64,000 nucleotides of DNA from Octopus sinensis. Lineage: Eukaryota. Made by a program: the position numbers and the translations under genes. The first letter of the stretch is position 1, and every line of letters starts with the position of its first letter. Location of the stretch: the NCBI RefSeq assembly GCF_006345805.1, contig NW_021837025.1, positions 308,946-372,945 on the forward strand, given 5' to 3'. A model generated the notes under the pieces. That model had not been told where the DNA came from. It was given only the letters and a program-made list of their open reading frames with translations, and made no database searches. Below are positions 60,760 through 64,000 of this stretch, piece by piece.

Positions 60760-62000
60760 AAATAAAGAATATGAAGATACTCTCAATAAGCAGCGGAATT
60801 GATTCTGGATAGTTCCAACGATCGACTGGAGAGATTAGATCCTATCCAATTAGACAGGAAAACTCACGCTTCTGGGTCTAAATGGAAGTAGAGGTTTGAA
60901 GCGCTCCAAAATTAAAAACAAGAGACTTCAGCGTTTCCAAGATGCCTTCGGGGGTTCCTCCAATTGAAGCGATTTTATTAAGAGGAATATAATTCGTTTC
61001 AAAATATTCTACGACTGCGCCAACAAGATACCACATGTTAAGATCATTTTTACACGATCTTGTTGTTTGGTGGATTGCGAGGGAGAATAAAAGAGGACCT
61101 AGAGGGTCACCTTGTTGAACTCCATTGGCAGAATCAAGTATGGTTGTCCCGAATATAAGCGCGGAAGGCTTGGAGTATGCCAAATTGACAATCGGTAGGA
61201 TGTACGGAATTTCTTTGGCGCAAGCTTCAAGGATACAGTCTCTTCTAACAGAATTGAATGCATTCTTTAAGTCGATCTTGGCCAGCATGAGGAAAAGATC
61301 AGTTCGCGGGCAAAAAAGCATAAGTCGCCGGACAGAATCTTGTTAGAGAGTTCGACGATCTTTTCGAGCAAGGTAGTATTGTTTTCCCCTGAAAGCCGGC
61401 ATATCAAATCACGAACATGCTTAGGCCATCCACACCGCCAGAGCTGCTGCGGCGGAAGGATTTCAGGCTATCGGAGACGTCCGCGGCCAAGGCTACTAGT
61501 GGCATGACATTAGGGAGGTGGAATTCGCGAAAGTCTTCAGGGGCGCTGGGATGTTTTGCCTTCAATGCGGAAACAGTAGCAGTGCTGTATGGAAGGGTGC
61601 CCAGGTCCGAGGATATGGTTCGTACAGCGGCCTTTACGTCTCCTTCCATGAGTTTTGTCAGTACCAACCGCCGTATCCTTTCGGCCTCAGATGCCTTTGA
61701 AGGCCTTCTTTCAACTTTGTGCGTCCCTTCGGCAGGGGGGCAGCGTAGAGGGGAAAGAGAAATAGTTTTGCCCATGAAAGGGCGTCGGAGTGTTTCTTCG
61801 TGGCATTTCCAATCAAGGTGGCAAGACTCTCTGCAGCAAGTAACCTGACTGCCTTCGGAATCCTGACGGGGATGTATCTGCACCGTCGCAAAGCGGACAA
61901 ATATCGCAGAAAATCCTCTGCATCAAAGACGGGAAGGGCAAAGGGAGGTGGACACCATCCAGGAACTACGCACGAAGGGCAATTCCACGTCTGGAGGGCA
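60760..62000 (-). mobile_element. CRE-like non-LTR retrotransposon RT fragment
   Basis: TKLMEGDVKAAVR..ALKAKHP, SSSGGVDGL, KIDLKNAFNSVRRD, GVQQGDPLGPLLFSL..NMWYL; deleted and frameshifted. Confidence 0.85.
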
Positions 62001-62229
62001 GATGCCTGCTTCCTCTTGAGACCAATACAAAAAAATGGAAAAAATTACACCACCACAACAAACAGAATTACTAATTGATTAGAAATCAATTTGTATTACT
62101 AATTGCTATTTGTATTATTTGAATAATAAATGTAGAATTTTTATATAGACAGTTTATATTTATTATATATTTGTAAAATATTAATTTTTATTTTAAATAT
62201 TATAATACTATTATACATTTCTAGTGGTG

Positions 62230-62712
62230 ATGACTAAAGGACCTGACTGTTTGGATAACTTAATGGAGGAAACTGACGACAAAAACTGTATCACCGTCTC
62301 TCAACTGAAAACCCTCGTCGAAAAGTACTCCCCCTCTATTAATATCCTCAGAGGAAATTACGAAACTGCCATAAAAGAAGCAATTTCACGTCCAAACACC
62401 TCGGGCGATTCTGACACGAAGGTGGCTTACTCTAATCAGTTCTCAGAAGGAAATAGGAATCCTGATCTCCCAGAGCATGGTGCTGTTCCGAGGGAAGGTG
62501 GATTCCTTTGTGAGTGGATTGAGTGAGGGAGAGAGGATCAACACACTCAAGTACGTCTACAAGGCCCTGGAAGTGCCCTACGACGGGAACTCGAACAAAT
62601 TATTGCAGTGGCACAAGGAAGTAGTCAGACCATGTTTACGTGCTATTAGATCACCGACAAGTCAGGGGTGGGGGCCATATGTCGAATTGTGGCAGACCGG
62701 AAGAGAGTTTAG
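62230..62712 (+). CDS. ARPC5: Actin-related protein 2/3 complex subunit 5 (p16-Arc)
   Basis: Spliced frame GNYETAIKEAISRP...TLKYVYKALEVPYDGNSNKLLQWHKE|ITDKSGVGAICRIVADRKRV* matches ARPC5 LMKYIYKGF..LLQWHEK..GGVGSIVRVLTARKTV. Confidence 0.85.
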
Positions 62713-63129
62713 TCACTAATCCAATAATAACAGGATATAATAAATTGGACTATTTATTGTCTTTGGTTTCAGTTAGAATCTTTAATTCTTCTGGAAATAG
62801 GAACTGCATATTAATTTTTGGAAACAAATTAAAAAAGCATTGGGGAATCAACAAGCTAGTTTAAATAAGCTAAAATTGACTAAGACTTAACTTTTACAAA
62901 AATTCCTCTTATATACAAACAGTACTTTTGTTACAACTTGGTTTAATGACATAAAACAACTTATAAAAGCTTAATATGTATAAAGACTGTCCCAAGTACG
63001 ATTAGAAAATGAGATTTCTCTAAAAGGGTAGTGCAGGAGTCCTTTGTGAGTGGATTGGTCTTTTTTCTAAATTCGGTGTAGTAGAAAATTTTCCAATTTA
63101 GTGCTACAATTATCAGGGCAGTGTTGTAT

Positions 63130-63760
63130 ACAATTAGTTTGTTAGTTACCCACGACTTCACTAATTTGTAGGAAGGCGGTAGCGACAAGAAAGTGCTTAG
63201 CGGGAACAGGAAGTTTTCAAAAATTCCCGGTTGCTAGCGGAGGAGGCGGAATTGGAGGCCCCTTGCCAGAGAAGAGTTTCACAACTGTGTAAAGCAGGAC
63301 GTTATTGGTAGAAAAGTTAAATCTATATGTTTTGTGGAGGAGAGAGTGGTGTCCAGAGCGGATTCTGGATAAGTGAACTCAAAGTTCTCTAGGGAGATTC
63401 GATTGATAGGAGGAGGGGGTGAGTCAAGAAGGATGTTGTTTTTCAGTGATTTGATAGCTCTTGAAGCAATAAAGTCGTGTATTTGTTTATAGACCCTCCT
63501 CTTTTATGGGGATCATTGAGGATGGTGACAATGTGTCTTCGGTTGGTAGTGAGTGATATAGTGGATGATGTGTGAGGTATCTTGGATACTTGGAGGAATT
63601 CAAGTCAGCATTGACAGGAATTATTTACAATTTCAAGTGATTTGTGTGGAGGGGAGGCAGCCAGTTATTGTTCTCAAGGCTAAGTTTTGTAGACTCTGGA
63701 GTTTGGCAATGTTTGAAGAAGACGGTTTTACAGACGAATTCTTTGTAGATTATTGTTAAA
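63130..63760 (-). mobile_element. 3' fragment of the same LINE family as 11951-13231
   Basis: RAIKSLKNNILLDSPPP and LSRIRSGHHSLL parallel RAIRMLKNNKLLDSSPPP and LARF.SGHHP; TAAC-like tail near 63135. Confidence 0.7.
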
Positions 63761-64000
63761 CTGTTTTTATCTTGGCCAAGTGTATGTACAGAATCAGCGC
63801 TGAGAGCGTTTAGCTTTTTGGTGTATAATTGAAATGGAAAGCTAACATATTTTAACCAGATTTAACAATTCCCTTTGAAAATAATATGTCGCACTCCAGA
63901 GCGGCTACGTTTCAAAATAATAATAAATTTTAATAAAATTACATTTCTGAAGTTTTTTTGCTGTTCTTTTTAGTAAATATCTGAAATTAATAATTTTTTT

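Noticed and set aside
1-64000. Prokaryotic, ciliate or myxozoan origin
   Set aside because: Spliceosomal introns and animal-type genes exclude prokaryotes; TAA and TAG serve as stops, unlike in Paramecium; an intact BBS8 argues against myxozoans, which lack cilia.

Overview
AT-rich, gene-dense eukaryotic (animal) genomic DNA in the standard genetic code. Genes are split by very short GT-AG introns, mostly about 22-32 nt. Tiny introns plus a ciliary BBSome gene (TTC8/BBS8) fit a dicyemid mesozoan best, but this taxon call is inference. The dominant structure is a large inverted duplication: 1-14722 is the reverse complement of about 41682-55078, around a unique ~27 kb spacer. The left arm is cut by the window edge. 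Each arm carries the 5' end of an exportin-like gene, LYAR, ALG13, UTP14, a calmodulin-like gene, a Thr/Ala-rich putative GPI-anchored mucin and retroelement relics. The inner breakpoint of the right arm lies at the terminal inverted repeat of a pogo/Tigger element (39939-41679). The arms differ by SNPs, indels, mucin repeat order and a LINE insertion with a target-site duplication (TSD) in one arm only. The spacer holds a RhoGAP, GTF3C4, PRORP, TTC8, NDUFS2, an intronless HtrL/YibB-family gene, a three-level nested RTE>pogo>hAT insertion, FBPase and ALKBH7 pseudo-exons, a MITE, and Helitron and Buster relics. Beyond the right arm lie the rest of the exportin-like gene, a pogo-interrupted unknown gene, CRE-like and LINE relics, and ARPC5. 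No rRNA, tRNA or CRISPR array was recognised. Gene calls come from manual splicing and recalled family motifs, not database searches, and TE relic boundaries are approximate.
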